Assembly (NCBI RefSeq): GCF_964204645.1
Contig: NC_134025.1
Location: 16,095,101 to 16,159,100, forward strand
Length of the DNA: 64,000 nt
Origin: Tubulanus polymorphus
Taxonomy: Eukaryota; Animalia; Nemertea
Direction of reading: 5' to 3'
Shown: one piece after another, positions 38,074 through 53,290 of the stretch
Position numbering within the stretch: position 1 is the first letter of the stretch
Layout of the letters: each line of letters starts with the position of its first letter
Made by a program: the position numbers and the translations under genes
The notes under the pieces: model-generated
The model's input: the letters and a program-made list of their open reading frames with translations, nothing else
Databases searched by the model: none
Told to the model about the DNA's origin: nothing

Positions 38074-41000
38074 TTAGAAAAGTGCTTTGGAGGGGAATTT
38101 CTTGATAGATTGGAACTAGCTGTAGTAAGCCTCCAAGAACGTGTTAGGACAGAAGAATTTCAGTCGGATTCTATGTTTTATTGTGTTGTAAAATCTAAAA
38201 TGCCCGTCGCTTACGTAGCCCAGTATAAGAGGTGGTTACACCAGGACGTTCAGCCAGAAAATTTAGAATCGTTATTATGCTGGCTTGAAATCGAACGGGC
38301 AATTCGTCAAGAAGCGCGGGAAGAAGGTCAAAAGTTCCGTCAACAGCCATCATCGGACAGAAGCACTTATTTTGGCGCCAATCACTCTAACCAAAGCAGC
38401 TGCATATTATGTCAAGAAAAGCACGAACTCAGTAAATGTAAAATTCATCGAATTGAAAACCAAAGATAGGTGGAAAATCTACAAGGAAAACAATATTTGT
38501 TTTAGATCTTCGGGCACCGGGCATAGAGGCGGGAGCTGTCGAAGGTCGAAGAAATGTGGTGTAAGTGACTGCAAAAGGACCCATCATAAACTCATGCACA
38601 TACAACCACGAGAAAATTCACGATAAGACTTGAACCCGACAGCACCAGGATTCACGCCAGATCTAGCTCACACCCACAACACCATCAGATCTGAAGAATC
38701 AGGGCAAAGAAGAGCACATCCATGCTTTACTCGACGAGTGGTCCTCAGATTGCTATCTCAGCGAGGAAACCGAAAATTGACTCAGCCTTACTGGGACTGA
38801 AACAAATATGAGCCTATCGGTTCTTGCCGGGAAATTGAGCACAGTTCACGGCAAGCGTTTAGACGTCTGCATTCTTGACGCCGAAAGAAGAAAATGTCAA
38901 GGGAAAATAAGCGCGTTCACAGTTCAGAAAGTTACCGGTAGAATGGAAGTAATCCTCTGGAATGAAGAATGAGATCATCTACATCTGGCCTCATCTACAA
39001 GGCATAAATTTCCCTTCAGCTGCACGACGTAATAAAATTGACATGTTAATAGGATTGAATGACTGCGCGCTAAGTTTTCATCAATGCATTGCTGAAATTC
39101 CTGGTAAAGCGGGTGAACCTGTTGCTCGACTAACTCCACTGGGGTGGACCTGTATAGGACCTGTACCCACCAATGTCTGTCAACTGGCTCACAGTCCAAC
39201 GTATTTCATAAAGTCTGATGAGCTGACCGATCGCATAAAGCGTTCATGGGAACTTGATCAAGATGGTTTAAAAGATTCAAGTTTTTAGCCAGTAGAAAGA
39301 AATATAGATCTAGAAACAGCAAAAGCAATGAAACGACGTGATTGTGGCAGATACCAGGTTAACATTCCCTGGAAGGAAAATGAGCTGGTCCTAAAAAACA
39401 ACTACCAACTTGCGTTTTTCAGGTTAAAAAATACCGAAAAAACATGGCTTAAAACAACCACAGGTACCAGCTGAATACAACAAAGTCATTAGAAGCTACC
39501 AGAAAAAAGGGTACATCACGAAGGTACCAGTTTCTGATGAGGCGTGGTATCTGCCTCATTTTCCTGTCATCCGCACCGATAAGACAACGACTTAAGTCAG
39601 GATTGTGATGGATGCAGCCGCCAAGTCAGACGGAAAATGGCTGAACGATTGTATAAATTCTGGCCCTAAGTTGCAGAATGATTTCTTAAATGTTTTGCTA
39701 AGATTACGCAAAAATCCCATCGCCTTAGCAGCAGACATCGCAGAAATGTTCTTGCAAATTGAAATAAACGAGGCTGACAGGAAGTTTCATCATTTTTTAT
39801 GGCACGATCTCGATTTAACACGCCTACCTGATATATATGAGTTCAGCCGTCTGGTATTTGGCAATGCCGCATCGCCGTATTTAGCGCAGAAAGTAATACG
39901 CACACAAGCGGAGAAATGCGCGGCAAACTATCCCAGGGGTTGTGATGCACTACTCAACTCAATGTACGTCAATGACCTACTTGATAGTTTGAATAGCACA
40001 GAGCAAGCGATCAAAGTCCGAAAACAAATTACAACTGTTTAAAGTTCAGCGGGGTTCACCGTTCGAAAATGGATATCCAATGACTTCGAAGTCCTCAGTG
40101 ACGTACCACCAGAAGACAGAGCAACATACGTCGACATCGGCGATGGAGAACTGCCTGCACTCAAAACACTCAGTGAGACTTGGGATGCAAATAACGACCA
40201 CTACACTATAGTGCGGTACGGTGTTGGTCTCATTCACGAACTAGCTGAACCTACCCAGTGGCGACACGTTCCTACTTAAATGAACAGTGCCAATCTTCCG
40301 ACACGCGGAATCACAGTTACAGCTACCTTGTGGAAAACGACTTATGGTGGAATGGACCTGAATCCTTACCAAACCAGAGGCTGACTGGCCTAAAAGACAG
40401 GAGGATATTTCACCAGACACCGCAACCCAGTCTGAAATACGCTCAGTCACCATGGCTACGATTGTTGATAATTTGGTACAAGAAAGGCTTGATCCGTCAC
40501 GATACTCTAGTTGGATTAGACTTGTGAGAGTCACCGCTTGGTGTCTAAGATTCATCCACAACAGAGAAGCGTCTGCTGACCAAAGAATTAAAGACGAATT
40601 TTTACATAAATCCGAGATAGTCGAAGCAGAACATTTCAGGTACAACCTGCTCAGAATGACATATACTGCAAAGAAATAAATTCATTGTCTAACAAACAGG
40701 CAATTTTGAAAAGTAGCAAAAAGTTAAATCATAGATTGGATGCCGAAGGAATTTTACGGGTTGATGGCCGATTACAATTTGAAATTCCACATGAAACTCG
40801 CTGTCCCATAATTCTACCTCGAAGCCACCACGTCACCCGACTAGTAATCGAAAGGTACGACAATGAAGGACACCACAACATCGGGGAAAATCACCTGCTG
40901 AATAATATCAGAGCCCGATTCTGGATACCTAGAGGCAAAGAAGCAGTCAAGGGTTACAAGCACAAGTGCTTTGGCTGTAAAAGGTGACGATTAAAAGCTT

Positions 41001-42652
41001 CCGAAAAGATCATGGCACCACTGCCAAATTATCGCTTAGACAAACCACTTAGAGCATTTTCAAGAGTTGGTGTGGACTAGGCAGGGCCGTTCATAACTAA
41101 ACAAGGAAGAGGGCGCATTTCTACTAGCGTTCTCTCGATTTTGTCATCGTCGTGGCAAGCTTGAATTAGTGATATCCGTCAACGGTACAAATTTTGTCAG
41201 TGCTGATTAATTAAAAGAATTATTTGATCGTCTACAAAAAACGAAAATTATCGACGACGCTGCGACAAAAGGCATCGAATGGAAATTCAACCCTCCCCAG
41301 GCTCCACACTTCGGTGGAGTTTTTGAGTCGATGGTGAAAGCAGCAAAGCGAGCTATAAAATCTGTGTTGACAAATGCCGAGATAACAGACGAAGATTTAC
41401 TAACCGCCACGACCTGTGCAGGAGGACTTCTGAATTCTCGCCCATTAGCAGTACTTAGTGCTGATTCAGACGACATAAATGTTCTAACTCATCATTTCAT
41501 AATTGGTCAGTGCGGGGGTCAAATTTCCCCTGTATTTCCAATCTGTAGTAAATTGACTGAGAGATGGAGAAGCGTTCAAGAACTAGTTTTACATCTTTGG
41601 CCTCTAGGTCTCGTTACAGAAGTATATCCCGGAAAAGATGGTAATATACGCGTCGCTCAGGTGAAGGTCAAGGGTATTGTTAAAACGATCAATCAGTAGA
41701 CTGTATCGACTGGTAGAAGCTTAGTACGTGTTCGGTTGGCTTGAGTCCGGTTTACCGCGCTCAGGAAAGGAATAGTGAGACTCTCCTTTTCCAATAGTCT
41801 TGGGGTCACGGTTTAGGCAACCGGGAGTAACCCCTGTAGCCTCCCGTATGTATGGGTTACTACATAGTGCTGGCCCGGCGACCAGGGTGAAGAAAGTTAA
41901 TGGTTGCGCTGGCCCGGCGACCAGGGTGAAGTTGTATGTTGTATAATGGTTGCGCTGGCCCGTTGACCAGGGCGAAGTGGACCTTTACTCGAAATATATA
42001 ATTAATAACTAATGAGATTCATTATATTACGATAGGTGTAGCTTAGTTATATTTAGTTTAGGCGTTAAAAAGTCATTTTAGTTCCAAGATATAGTAGTTT
42101 CTATTACGCTAAGCTTAAATTTCACTGTAATGTACTTGTTTACACTTTGTCTTTAACTTGCATCTTGTTTACTATACATCTCGTTGCAGATTTATTTCAT
42201 AGTAAACGATTACTTACTATTTTTGGCAGCTAGTTCCGATATTCAGATAATGTGTGAGTTCATGAATGACTCACTGCTGAATTTACTTTCATATATTAGC
42301 AGCACATTTGCCTTATAATTAATTATCTTATAAATCGGATACTTTACTCAATACCCTTTTTTAGATTTGTCCAATGCCAGTTAGTACGGCAATTTTATTG
42401 ATTAGATTGATTGAATTTCTGATATTCCCTCTGGACATATCAGGGAGGGAGGTGTTCCCGAGATTATTTACGTATTTCGCGCATTACTGCTCTGCGGTTT
42501 TCTGACCCATATAGTTTTTTTCTTGCTAGTCACGTGTTAGAAGCAAATAAAGAGATCATCATCGCAGCATCATACAGGACACATCGTTTCCTTTTCGTTA
42601 TTCGTCTTTCTCAATACTAAGGATATAGTCGTGGTGGACAATCAACCCTACA
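38074..42652 (+). mobile_element. BEL/Pao LTR retrotransposon, 5'-truncated and decayed
   Basis: gag triple knuckle (CILC..KH.L.KC, C.V.DC.R.HH.L.H), P.ARLT.LGW, YLPHFPV, LNDCI..GPKLQND, ADIAEMFLQI, YVNDLL, PIILP, WKFNPP.APHFGG.FESMV and WPLG.V.EVYPG.DG. Putative PPT and 3' LTR at 42453-42652. Confidence 0.92.
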
Positions 42653-44989
42653 GGCACTATCTTCATTCTATCTTTATTTTATTGAATGTAAATTAACGAC
42701 ATGAAACACGATAAAAAATTGCCCAGGCAAGTCGAAAAGCATTTTTACAGTGTGACGTAATTACTGCATGAATTACAGTGATCGATCGATATCGTCATCT
42801 CCAATTTCTATCATTCAGTTCTCGCTCTTGCAAAAAATTTAAAGCAACCTTGTCTGTATCAAATTTATAGTATTTTAGCTAATAAATGTTTTAATTGATG
42901 GACTATTATCAAAAGCATAAGCAATGGACCCTCCAGTCAACCTTTTTATCATTTTGAAAATATTGAACCCTTTTTTATTATTTCCCCTGGGGGAACATAG
43001 AACCCGGGAATATAGGACCCGGGGAACATAGAACCCGGGGAAAATAGGGATGACCCCAAGCCCCTTACGCACTCAGCAGATAGATTTGCTTTGTAATGCG
43101 CATCGGGAATTACCATCTTTTCCATGCATTGAACACCACAACAGTGATTAAATTTACACGTTGCAATATCCCGATGGTATTTGCCGCTGCTGTAGTTTTT
43201 TTGGAATTGAATTGAGCGGCAGTGTGATGCATCCACTATCAGTGCTGAGTGACAAGTGAGTTCGAGTCTGGCTGCTTATACATTGTGCAGGCAACTCTTC
43301 AAAAGCCTTCCCATCGTGAGGATAAAGGAATAATCCAATAAAAGCCAAGCACATGAAAGGACAAACAATCATCAGCCGGCATCGCATTTTGATGCGTACG
43401 TTTGTCCGGTTGGTCTACCTATTATGCATCAGAGAAACGAAAACAAGGCAATTGTCGAAAACATATACTTTTCCATTATTTTGTTCAACGATATCTATGA
43501 CAGTAAAAGACCCTACGAATTAAATACTTTTGTGGACCACAGTAAACTACATAGGGAGATTATATAGATGATTATGGATGATGTATGAGGCAGCTATGCA
43601 GAAGACATGTTGGCTTTTCATGACCACAAAGTAAATCATCACCTTGAAGAATTTTTTATGACTTCTTGTAGTCTGATAGTCATATGTTTAAATTAACTGC
43701 TAACTAAGAATTTCATGTTAAAGCATATTCAAGGTAAAATCATTGGTCAAGTGTATTTAAAAATACACAACGTTACCTCTTACATTCGTACCAATTTACG
43801 AAATTTGTGTGCATTTTTGTAAATATAAATGCAGGTCCAAAGTACACACATTTTCAAAATACATATGCATTAACTGTTTACTTCAAAATACATGCCAAAG
43901 GTATATTCTTATTTTCCGAATACATGTGTATTACACGTGTGTTTAGTTGTGTACGCGTCAACCATTTTTGTAATAGAGGGTGTCCGACTGCCAAACACTA
44001 ATGCAAAACAACGAGACACCATAACACAACGCCCTTAGTTGGAATGACAAATTCAAAAGTTTGAAATTCATTCAGGGAATGAGTTAAGGCAAAATGTATC
44101 AAGCAAAATGTATTCGTCCCAAACCAGTCACTGAGCCCCAAACTCATTGCAAAAAGGACGCCATAGAAACTTACGGAAATGTATCAAATCCAACACCACA
44201 TCCAGTTTCAATATGTTCTGAGCTGTAATTTCCAATTTTGAGAGTTGAATCACTGAAGGCTTCCATTCCAATTACAGCATAGAAGTATCTAAAATATAGT
44301 CAGACATGTTCACAAAAGATTTGAAAATTGGAACTTAAATTTCACATACCGGTATATGACAGGGTTGGTTTGCTACAATCAATATATTTTTAGTTAAAGC
44401 GGCTAAGCACGAGCAGTAACGCTCTCTGCTTCGCAGCAAGACAATCGTTTAATCATAAAAAGCGGCGATAATCGTGATAATCCCCTAACCTAAAGTTGAC
44501 CTTGGAATTTTCTTTAAAATTGCCACAAATTCGTTGATTTCTATCATATGAACGCGCGATTCAAAATTCCATTTCCAACAGATTTTAGCCGCATGATCAA
44601 GCTACATGTTGCACGCGCACCACATAAACATAGTAGATTGCATGACATAATTTTGGTTTATATACATGTAATTTTTCACGATTTGTTACTGAACAATATA
44701 AATTCATTGATTCATCAACTGATTGAAAATCTATGTAAAATATTTTGATTATATAACGATTCGCTCGTACGAATTCGCTCGTTACAGTTATGTAAAGCTT
44801 AATTTAGGGAGCTCATTTATTCGGTTGAGCCACGTTTGTGCATACGAATCCGTTTGCATACGATATGGTTTCACACGATTGCAGGAGTTTTTTGTGTTTT
44901 CGTAATTATCTTCGATCCATGGCGATTGACATTCACGTAGAATAGAGATCGCTGATGCTGACCAGTTCTGTATATTATTAACGAGAAAT

Positions 44990-46200
44990 TTTTTAAAATC
45001 CCATTCAAACAGTTTTTGCGAGGTTATTTGCCGGGAGGTTATTTAAAAGGATCCACAGGCAAACAGTTTCCAGTTTATGACGAATATGGCATGGAGACAA
45101 ACCCATTTCTCCCTCAATGCTGGCTTTTGGAGATGATCTACCAACTCCCGAGAAAAGTATGCATTGCACGGAACTGAATTTTTTCGTACACATTATAGTT
45201 TTTAGACCCCCAAATTCCGGCACCATAGTCCAATATCGGCGTAACTAGAGTGTTGTAAAATTTCGTGAAAGTTTCATATTGTAGCCCGTAGGTAGCTAGA
45301 GGCTTTGCGACTACTTTACCTAATGCGTGACTCGAAGAGTTTGTTAGTGCGGATATGGAGAACGCAAAGTTTAAACAATAGTTCAGTTCTAGACCCACGT
45401 AACGGTAGGAGTTGGTGTATTCCACTAATTTATTCCCGAGTTTGAATTCGAATTTAGATTGACTTCATCCTCCTTCATTGTTTGGTCCAATTATTGACTA
45501 TATCGAGCATTTTTTGTAGTCCCGCTTCATTACCCCACTTTACATCCGCATGTAAATTTTGTTAAAAGTCATTAATGTAGACAGAAAAGAGGGTAGGGCT
45601 TATCTCATCTCCCTGCCTCGAACCACAGTTAATTTTGAAGTCATCCGCATAAAAGTCATTGATTCTTACACAGCTTTGCACATCCCGATAGAGATTTCTT
45701 AAGATAGATAAAAAATTTCCATTGAGTCCCGAGTTTTGGAGTTTGGAAAACAAAAAGGGATGGTTAATATAATCGAAAGCCTTTGCGAGGTCTATGAAAC
45801 AGGCATGGTTGGTTGCTTTTGTACCTTCCTAGTACGGATTATTTACGTGAGGGCAAAGAGGTGGTCTATATCGTTTCGGTTTTTGAGGAATGATCGGGTA
45901 TTTTCCAGGAATGCATTTAATCGATTATTCAAAATAGTCGTGAGCAGTTTATATTCCGTTGATAATAGACTTATTCCTCTATAACTTAACGGCTTTAACG
46001 GATCTTTGCCTTTCTTTAATATAGGGTGTATTATACCACTTCTCCATGCGTTCGAATTACACAGTTATTAAAACAACTCGACAGGAACGAATGTAGTCAT
46101 ACAGAGATTTGATTGCATTTTTACATTTCGGTTGGAATGTTGTCTATCCCAAGGCTATTATTAGAGAACTTTTAAGCTTTTAATGTTTCTTCCAATTTAA
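44990..46200 (-). pseudogene. LINE reverse-transcriptase relic (CR1/L2/RTE-like)
   Basis: Minus-strand motifs YRGISLLS..YKL.T, DL.KAFD, GSRQGDEISPTLFSVYIND, Y.YVGL and LV.PILDYGA.IWG. Internally deleted. Confidence 0.85.
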
Positions 46201-49159
46201 TTGGCTCGTTCAGAAAATTGCGGTATATTGAGACTAATCATGCAGCTTTACGTATTACACATATTACGTATGTACCTATACCAAAGTATTATTTTCATAA
46301 TGAACAGACCGCATTACATGCGAAAAACGGATGCTTAGATGAGTTTGAAAAATTTACGCTGCTTATTGGTTAAAATAGGAACTTATTATGTGAGGAGTTC
46401 GAAACACTTTGATCGAACAATGTACCTGTTCGAACAAAAAACTTTATGGACCAACAAGAAAAATTTCTCCGAATGAAAATGATTCAGTTCGATCGAGCAA
46501 TATACGTTCGGACTAAAAAAATGATTTTTTCAAATTGCAAAGTACTTTTGGTTTGAACGAAATCAATTTTTTGTTGCCACCAAAAAAAAAAATTTTGAGC
46601 GAAGGTGTTTGAACGAAAGGCATTTTTTCAAGCATCCGATTTATGCGATCGATTTCGTGAATGATTTGTTCAGATCGTGCGGTCGAATTGAACATTCGTA
46701 AAAATGACGATGGTTTAGGCAAATCACATGACCTAAACATGGCGATGATGAGAAAAAGATTGTATCCTTATCAACTACCCGGGGGAGCCATCTTGGAAAT
46801 CAAGACACCGAATCGCTCGCCGAGCGAGTTGGACGATTTCAATAATCGTTCGTAAAAACGCTGATCGTGAAATCGATCGCAAAAATCAGTGCTCGTAAAA
46901 TGCGTTTCTACAATCAATCGCAAAAATCAGATGCTCGTAAAAATGCCTCAAAGATCCTTTCATTCGGGGCTCCCTAGTAACTAAGTCATCGGGAATTAAC
47001 AAAATACCAGTTTCATAAATGATGAAAAACTCAAGTGAGACGTCTGAGAGCGGTCTGCTCAGACAAAAATTTTCAAAAAAAAAATCTTCATTTTGCCAAT
47101 AAAATATCGTTGATAATTGTGATTGATCACTGCAAGTCAGGACCAGTGAATCACTAATACCATTCTAATAAATCTGATTCTTCCTTTACGGGGAACTTAG
47201 CTTAACCTAGTAAGCCTATGTATATGCATAGGCTTAGCATCTGGACAGAATGGGCTTAGGCCTATTTAATTTCAACCTCCTAAATATCAAATGAAAGCAA
47301 TGGTGTTCAAATGATTTTTTCAAATTGGTTCCATCAAATAAAGTACTTTTGGTTCGAACAAAAAAATTTTTGTTGCAACAAAAAAAGAGAATTTTTCGAG
47401 CAAAGGTGTTTGAATGAACAAAGGCGTTTTTACAAGCATCCGATTTTTGCGATTGATTTCGTCGAAATCGTGCGATCGAATCAAATGTCCCTAAAAATGC
47501 CTCAAAGATCCTTTCATTCCGGGCTCCCTTGTAACTAAGTCATCAGGAATTAACTAAATACCAGTTTCATAAAAGAAAAACTCAAATGAAAAGTCTGGTT
47601 TATAAAGCCGTTTGCTCAGACAAAATTTTCAAAAAATCTTCATTTAATAATATTGTTAATTGTGATTGAGTCAGAACGAGTGAATCACTAATACCCTTAA
47701 GAAAATAAATGTATTTTCATGTGCAAGAATATATTTTTCTGTGAATAAATACATTATTAGGGTTTTCTGTTTCTTCACAGAAAACCCTATTGAAATTCGC
47801 GTGATTATTATTAGGGTTTTCTGTTATTTCACAGAAAACCCTATTGATATCCCCGTGATTATTAGGGTTTTCTGTTATTTCACAGAAAACCCTATTGATA
47901 TCCGCGTGATTATTATTATTATTATTTTCTTCCACACTATTTTTACTAAAAGAACAAAGGCTTTGTTACCTTGACGCTGTTGTCGATACAATCCATCTGA
48001 TATCATTCAGCTCACTTCGATCTACAAATACCCCGTGCGTATTTCGAAGAATCATCGTTACAAAAGCACTGTCGGGCCGTAAACATCGAAAATTGAGCCC
48101 TATTCAAAGAGCCGACATGTTTTTCTAAGTCCTCTTTCCGAAATCTGCCGCACGTTTCTTGTCACATCAATTATCAATTCAAGCATAAATTAACAAATTT
48201 ATTACCCAAAGATTGCCCATTCTGTCGCGGTTTTTAAAAACTAATTTTAACAATAGCCCATTTTCCTCATCAAATCGTATTACCGATATACAGGAAATTT
48301 ACTACTTTAGATTTTAAAAGCACTGTCGAGCCGTAAACATCGACGAATCGACGTGTGTCACTATATCGTCGTTCCGGGGATCAGCTGCGAGTTTCACCTC
48401 ATGATGGGAATCAAATCGAGTACAAATTAATTTATTACTACCAGTGATTTGGCTGCGGGCGTCATGCAGTTAGTTTAGCAATACCTATTTTTCTTTATCA
48501 AATTAACCGTGTATTTACTAAGATAAATCATAAGTGTACCGGGGAGTCGTAGGCCTAAACGAAACACGCCGAAGAGATATAGCGGAGAAAAGCTGTTATG
48601 TCGACGAGGTATCAAAATAAAAGAATATATTACTTTATTTGGCCGCGGGCTTCAACCTCTATATCAATACCATCAATACTCACACTTGACATTCGGAGTA
48701 AGCGTTCGCTGTGGGGGAAAGGGATCGTTCGCTGTGTCGCTTGATTGAAGTGTTTATCGAATTTGACGCGGCTTTAGGCCTACCGGTACTGAGCTTTACT
48801 GTCTCAAACAAACACAGTATAATTGTTGCGTTTATTAACGGACTCATTGGATTGAACTTCAAAACAAAATTTACGATATTTAGGTGGGTTGTTATTCAAT
48901 AGGCCTACGACCAATCTGTCCGGATGTTAGGCCTACGCATATACATAGGCCTACATAGGCTAGTAGCCTCTACTAGGTTAAGCGTTGGCTGTGGGGGAAA
49001 GGATATCGTTCGCTGTGTCGCTTGAAGTGTTTATCGAGTTTTACGCGACCTTAAGGCTTTATAGTATGGTGGCTGATAAGGGCCATGCGTAAAAAACACA
49101 CGTATATGCAAATGAGGGCGACATTATGACAAAACGACAAAACTAAAATAACGCGACAA

Positions 49160-49690
49160 AACAATAATTTTGGTTTTGTCGCCTGCGACAATTCATTATT
49201 TTGGTTTTATCGCCCGCGACTATTCATTATTTTGGTTTTATCGCCCGCGACAATTCATTATTTTGGTGTTGTCGCACGCGACAATTCATTATTTTGGTTT
49301 TATCGCCCGCGACAATTTTTTTTTTTGTCGCAATTTCATCGCCTGTGACAATTCAATATTTTGGTTTTATCGCCAGTGACAATTCATTATTTTGGTTTTA
49401 TCGCCCGCAACAATTCATTAGTTTGGTTTTGTCGCCCGCGACACTTCAATATTTTGGTTTTATCGCCTGCGACAATTCAATATTTTGGTTTTATCACCAG
49501 CGACAATTCATTATTTTGGTTTTATCGCCCGCGACAATTCATTTTTTTGGTTTTGTCGCCCGCGACAATTCAATATTTTGGTTTTATCGCCAGCGACAAT
49601 TGATTATTTTGGTTTTATCGCCCGCGACAAATGATTATTTTGGTTTTATCGCCCGCAACAATTAATTTTTTTGGTTTTGTCGCCCACTTT
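49160..49690. repeat. 31-bp minisatellite
   Basis: About 17 units of ATTTTGGTTTTATCGCCCGCGACAATTCATT. Confidence 0.95.
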
Positions 49691-49775
49691 ATTAGCTTTT
49701 GAATGATTAGGCCAATTAATAACGTAATAAAGACTTATGCTTTCGCCTATTTTGAAGTCGATTAATCTGATATAG

Positions 49776-50180
49776 TACGGAAGCGATAAAGGGCCTCGAG
49801 TTGTCGCATTCAACTCGACAAGTCGCCATCTTTATGTTGATATATCGCGTCAAGTCCACATGAATATGTCTACATATCGTGATGTTTTCACAACAAATTT
49901 CGCTTTTTTGCTCATTTTCCACGGGACAAGCCGTCATTTGAAGACATGTCTAAATGTAAGATGAGGACGCTAGTAATATGACGACTGAGTTTCAAGTCGT
50001 CATGAATATGTCGACTTGTCACAAGGAAAATGGTCGAGAAAACGAAATATGTCGTCAAAACGTCACGATATATCGACATATTCATGTCGACTTGACGCAA
50101 TATATCGCGGTATGTCGACATAAATATGGCAACTTGTCGAGTTGGAACGCGACATCTCAAGGCCCCTTATCGCTTCTGTA
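49776..50180. mobile_element. MITE (TIR element); a partial second copy at 50277-50430
   Basis: TACGGAAGCGATAAAGGGCCTCGAGTTGTCGC ... GCGACATCTCAAGGCCCCTTATCGCTTCTGTA are long inverted arms. Confidence 0.75.
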
Positions 50181-52649
50181 GATATAGTGTCGAATAATAA
50201 GGTCATTTTGGCAGATTCTTTTTTTTTAAAGTGATATTAAGCGATCATTCAAGTGATCCTACTTAATGAAAGATCTACGGAAGCGATAAAGGGCCTCGAG
50301 TTGTCGCGTTCCAACTCGACAAGTCGCCATATTTATGTCGATATATCACGATATATCGCATCAAGTCAACATAAATATGTTGACATATCGTGACGTTTTG
50401 ACGAATTGAAAATCAGTCGTCATATCACTGGCGTCCTCATCTTTCAGCAACGCCAGTCACATGGAGTCGTACGTGTTCTACTTTCTGCGACGCGACACGA
50501 CTGTCACAACCAACCGACGCGCTCTTGCGACTGGCAGAAACTAGTCGCACACAATCGTATTGCAACCGACTTGCACCGAAACTTGCGATGCAACGCGAGG
50601 ATCGCATCGTGTCACAAGACCAACCTACGTGCGGCTTTAAGTTACTGCGGAGCACCAGAAATATCTTTTTTTTTCGTTCAAAAGACCTTTCGCTTGAAAA
50701 TTCTTTCGTCGGAACAAAATTTATTTCGTTCGAACCAATAATATTCTATACGATTGAACCAATTTGAAAAAATCGTAAGAACAAAGTTGAACAAACTTTT
50801 TTTGTCCAACAAAAGGTTTTTCGTTCGAACAATCGTTCAATTGAACAGAATCTTTTTTAATTTGAACAGAATTTTCTTGTCAGAACATTAAGTTTTTCGT
50901 TCGAACAAGTATATTGAAAAAGTTTTTTCTCCGAACCGAAAGTATGAAGTATTTCGTTCAATCGAACAGAATTGTTTTCATTCGAACATTCGTTCGAAAA
51001 AATTGTTTTCGCTCGACCAAATTTTTTTTGCCGGGACTTAAAATTTTTCATTTCAACAATAACATAGCTTTTTATTCGAACACATTTTTTGTCAGAATGA
51101 AGAAAATTTTTGGTTCAAGCAAAAAGCGTATTGTTCGATCAAACAGAATTATTTTCATTCCAACAAGATTTTCTTGTTGGAACATTAAGTTTTTTGGTCG
51201 AACAGCGTGTTAAGGTCGATTTGGAAATTTACTCGGTCTGGTATATGTTGGATTACTGTGTATGTCATTTGTCAGGACATTAAACAGAAGACAACTTAGG
51301 ATACTACCTTGCGTGACTCCACTAGTTTGACCGACTTATTCCAAGATGAGGCGTTCCGTTGATTTCGGCTACAAGTTTTCGTTCAGAGATAACTGCTGAG
51401 CCATTTGGGCGACCTATCATTGATACTGTTTCCTAATAGCCTGTTAAGTAATGGCTGATGTTGTACCTTATCAAATGCTTCGTCGAAATCCACCGTTGAA
51501 CAGGATTCTAAGACTGTGCAGAAAACCCGTTATCGCTGCTTTGCAGCTATATTTATTAGGGTTTTCTGTTATTTCACAGAAAACCCTATTGATATCCGCG
51601 TGATTATTATTATTATTATTTTCTTCCACACTATTTTTACCAAAAGAACATAGGCTTTGTTACCTTACCGCTGTTTCATATACAATCCATATAATATCGT
51701 TCAGCTCACTGAGATCTACAAATAGCCCGCGTGTTTTTTCACGAATCATCGTTACAAAAGCGCTGTCGGGCCGTAAACATCGAAAATTTAGCCCCATTCA
51801 ATGGGGCGACATGTTTTTCGAGTCGTCATCCCGAAATCAACCCGCAGGCCGACTGTCACTTCGATTATCAATTCAAGTATAAATGAACTAATTTATTGCC
51901 GCAGACTTCACATTCAGTCGCGGTCTTCAAACAGTGATTTTAACAATAGCCCATTTTCCTCATCAAATCATATTACCGATACACTGGAAATTTACTACTT
52001 TAGATTTTAAAAGCACTGTCGAGCCGTAAACATCGACGAATCGACGTGTGTTACTACATCGTCGTTCCGGGGATCAGCTGCGAGTTTCTCCTCATCATGA
52101 GAATCAAATCGAGTACAAATTAATTTATAACTACCAGTGATTTGGCTGCGGGCGTCAAGCAGTTAGTTTAGCAATACCTATTTTTCTTTACCAAATTAAC
52201 CGTGTATTTACTAAGATAAATCATAAGTGTACCGGGGAGTCGTAGGCCTAAACTAAACAAGATATAACGGAGAAAAGCTGTTATGTCGACGAGGTATCAA
52301 AATAAAGAAATATATAACTTTATTCGGCCGCGGGCTTCAACCTCTTGATCAATACCATCAATACTCTATATTTCCTACAGTACATACCGATCATTGTCAA
52401 ATCCACAAGGTATTTACTAAATAAAAGTATACAACACACTCCTATCCGTATGCTGGACTCACACTTGACATTCGGAGTAAGCGTTCGCTGTGGAGGAAAG
52501 GAGATCGTTCGCTGTGTCGCTTGAAGTGTTTATCGACTTTTACGCGACCTTATGGCTTAAGTATGGTGGCTGATACGATAAAAAAACACGAATATGCAAA
52601 TGAGGGCGACATTACGACAAAACGACAAAACTAAAATAACGCGAGAAAA

Positions 52650-53290
52650 CAATGATTTTGATTTTGTCGCCTGCGACAATCCTTCTTTTTAGTTTTGTCG
52701 CCTGCGACAATTCATTATTTTGGTTTTATATTTTGTTTTTGTCGCCCGCGACAATTTTTTTTTTGGTTTTGTCGCCCGCGACAATTCAATATTTTGGTTT
52801 TATCACCTGCAACAATTCAATATTTTGGTTTTGTCGCCCGCGACAATCCTTCTTTTTAGTTTTGTCGCCTGCGACAATTCATTATTTTGGTTTTAAATTT
52901 TGTTTTTGTCGCCCGCGACAATTTTTTTTTTGGTTTTGTCGCCCGCGACAATTCAATATTTTGGTTTTGTCGCCCGCGACAATTCAATATTTTGGTTTTA
53001 TCGCCTGCAACAATTCAATATTTTGGTTTTATCGCCCGCGATAATTCATTATTTTGATTTTGTCGCCCGAGACAATTCATTATTTTGGTTTTATCGCCCG
53101 CGACAATTCATTATTTTGGTTTTGTCGCCCGCGACAATTCACCATTTTAGTTTTGTCGCCCGCGACAATTCATTATTTTGGTTTTATCGCCCGCGACGAT
53201 TCATTATTTTTGTTTTGTCACCCGTGACAATTCAATATTTTGGTTTTGTCACCCGCGACAATTCATAATTTTGGTTTTGTCGCCCGTGGT
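52650..53290. repeat. 31-bp minisatellite (paralogue of 49160-49690)
   Basis: Same unit at the same position in the second tandem element copy. Confidence 0.95.

Noticed and set aside
49170-53268. Hydrophobic repetitive ORFs (VLSPATIHYFGF...)
   Set aside because: They are translations of the 31-bp minisatellite.
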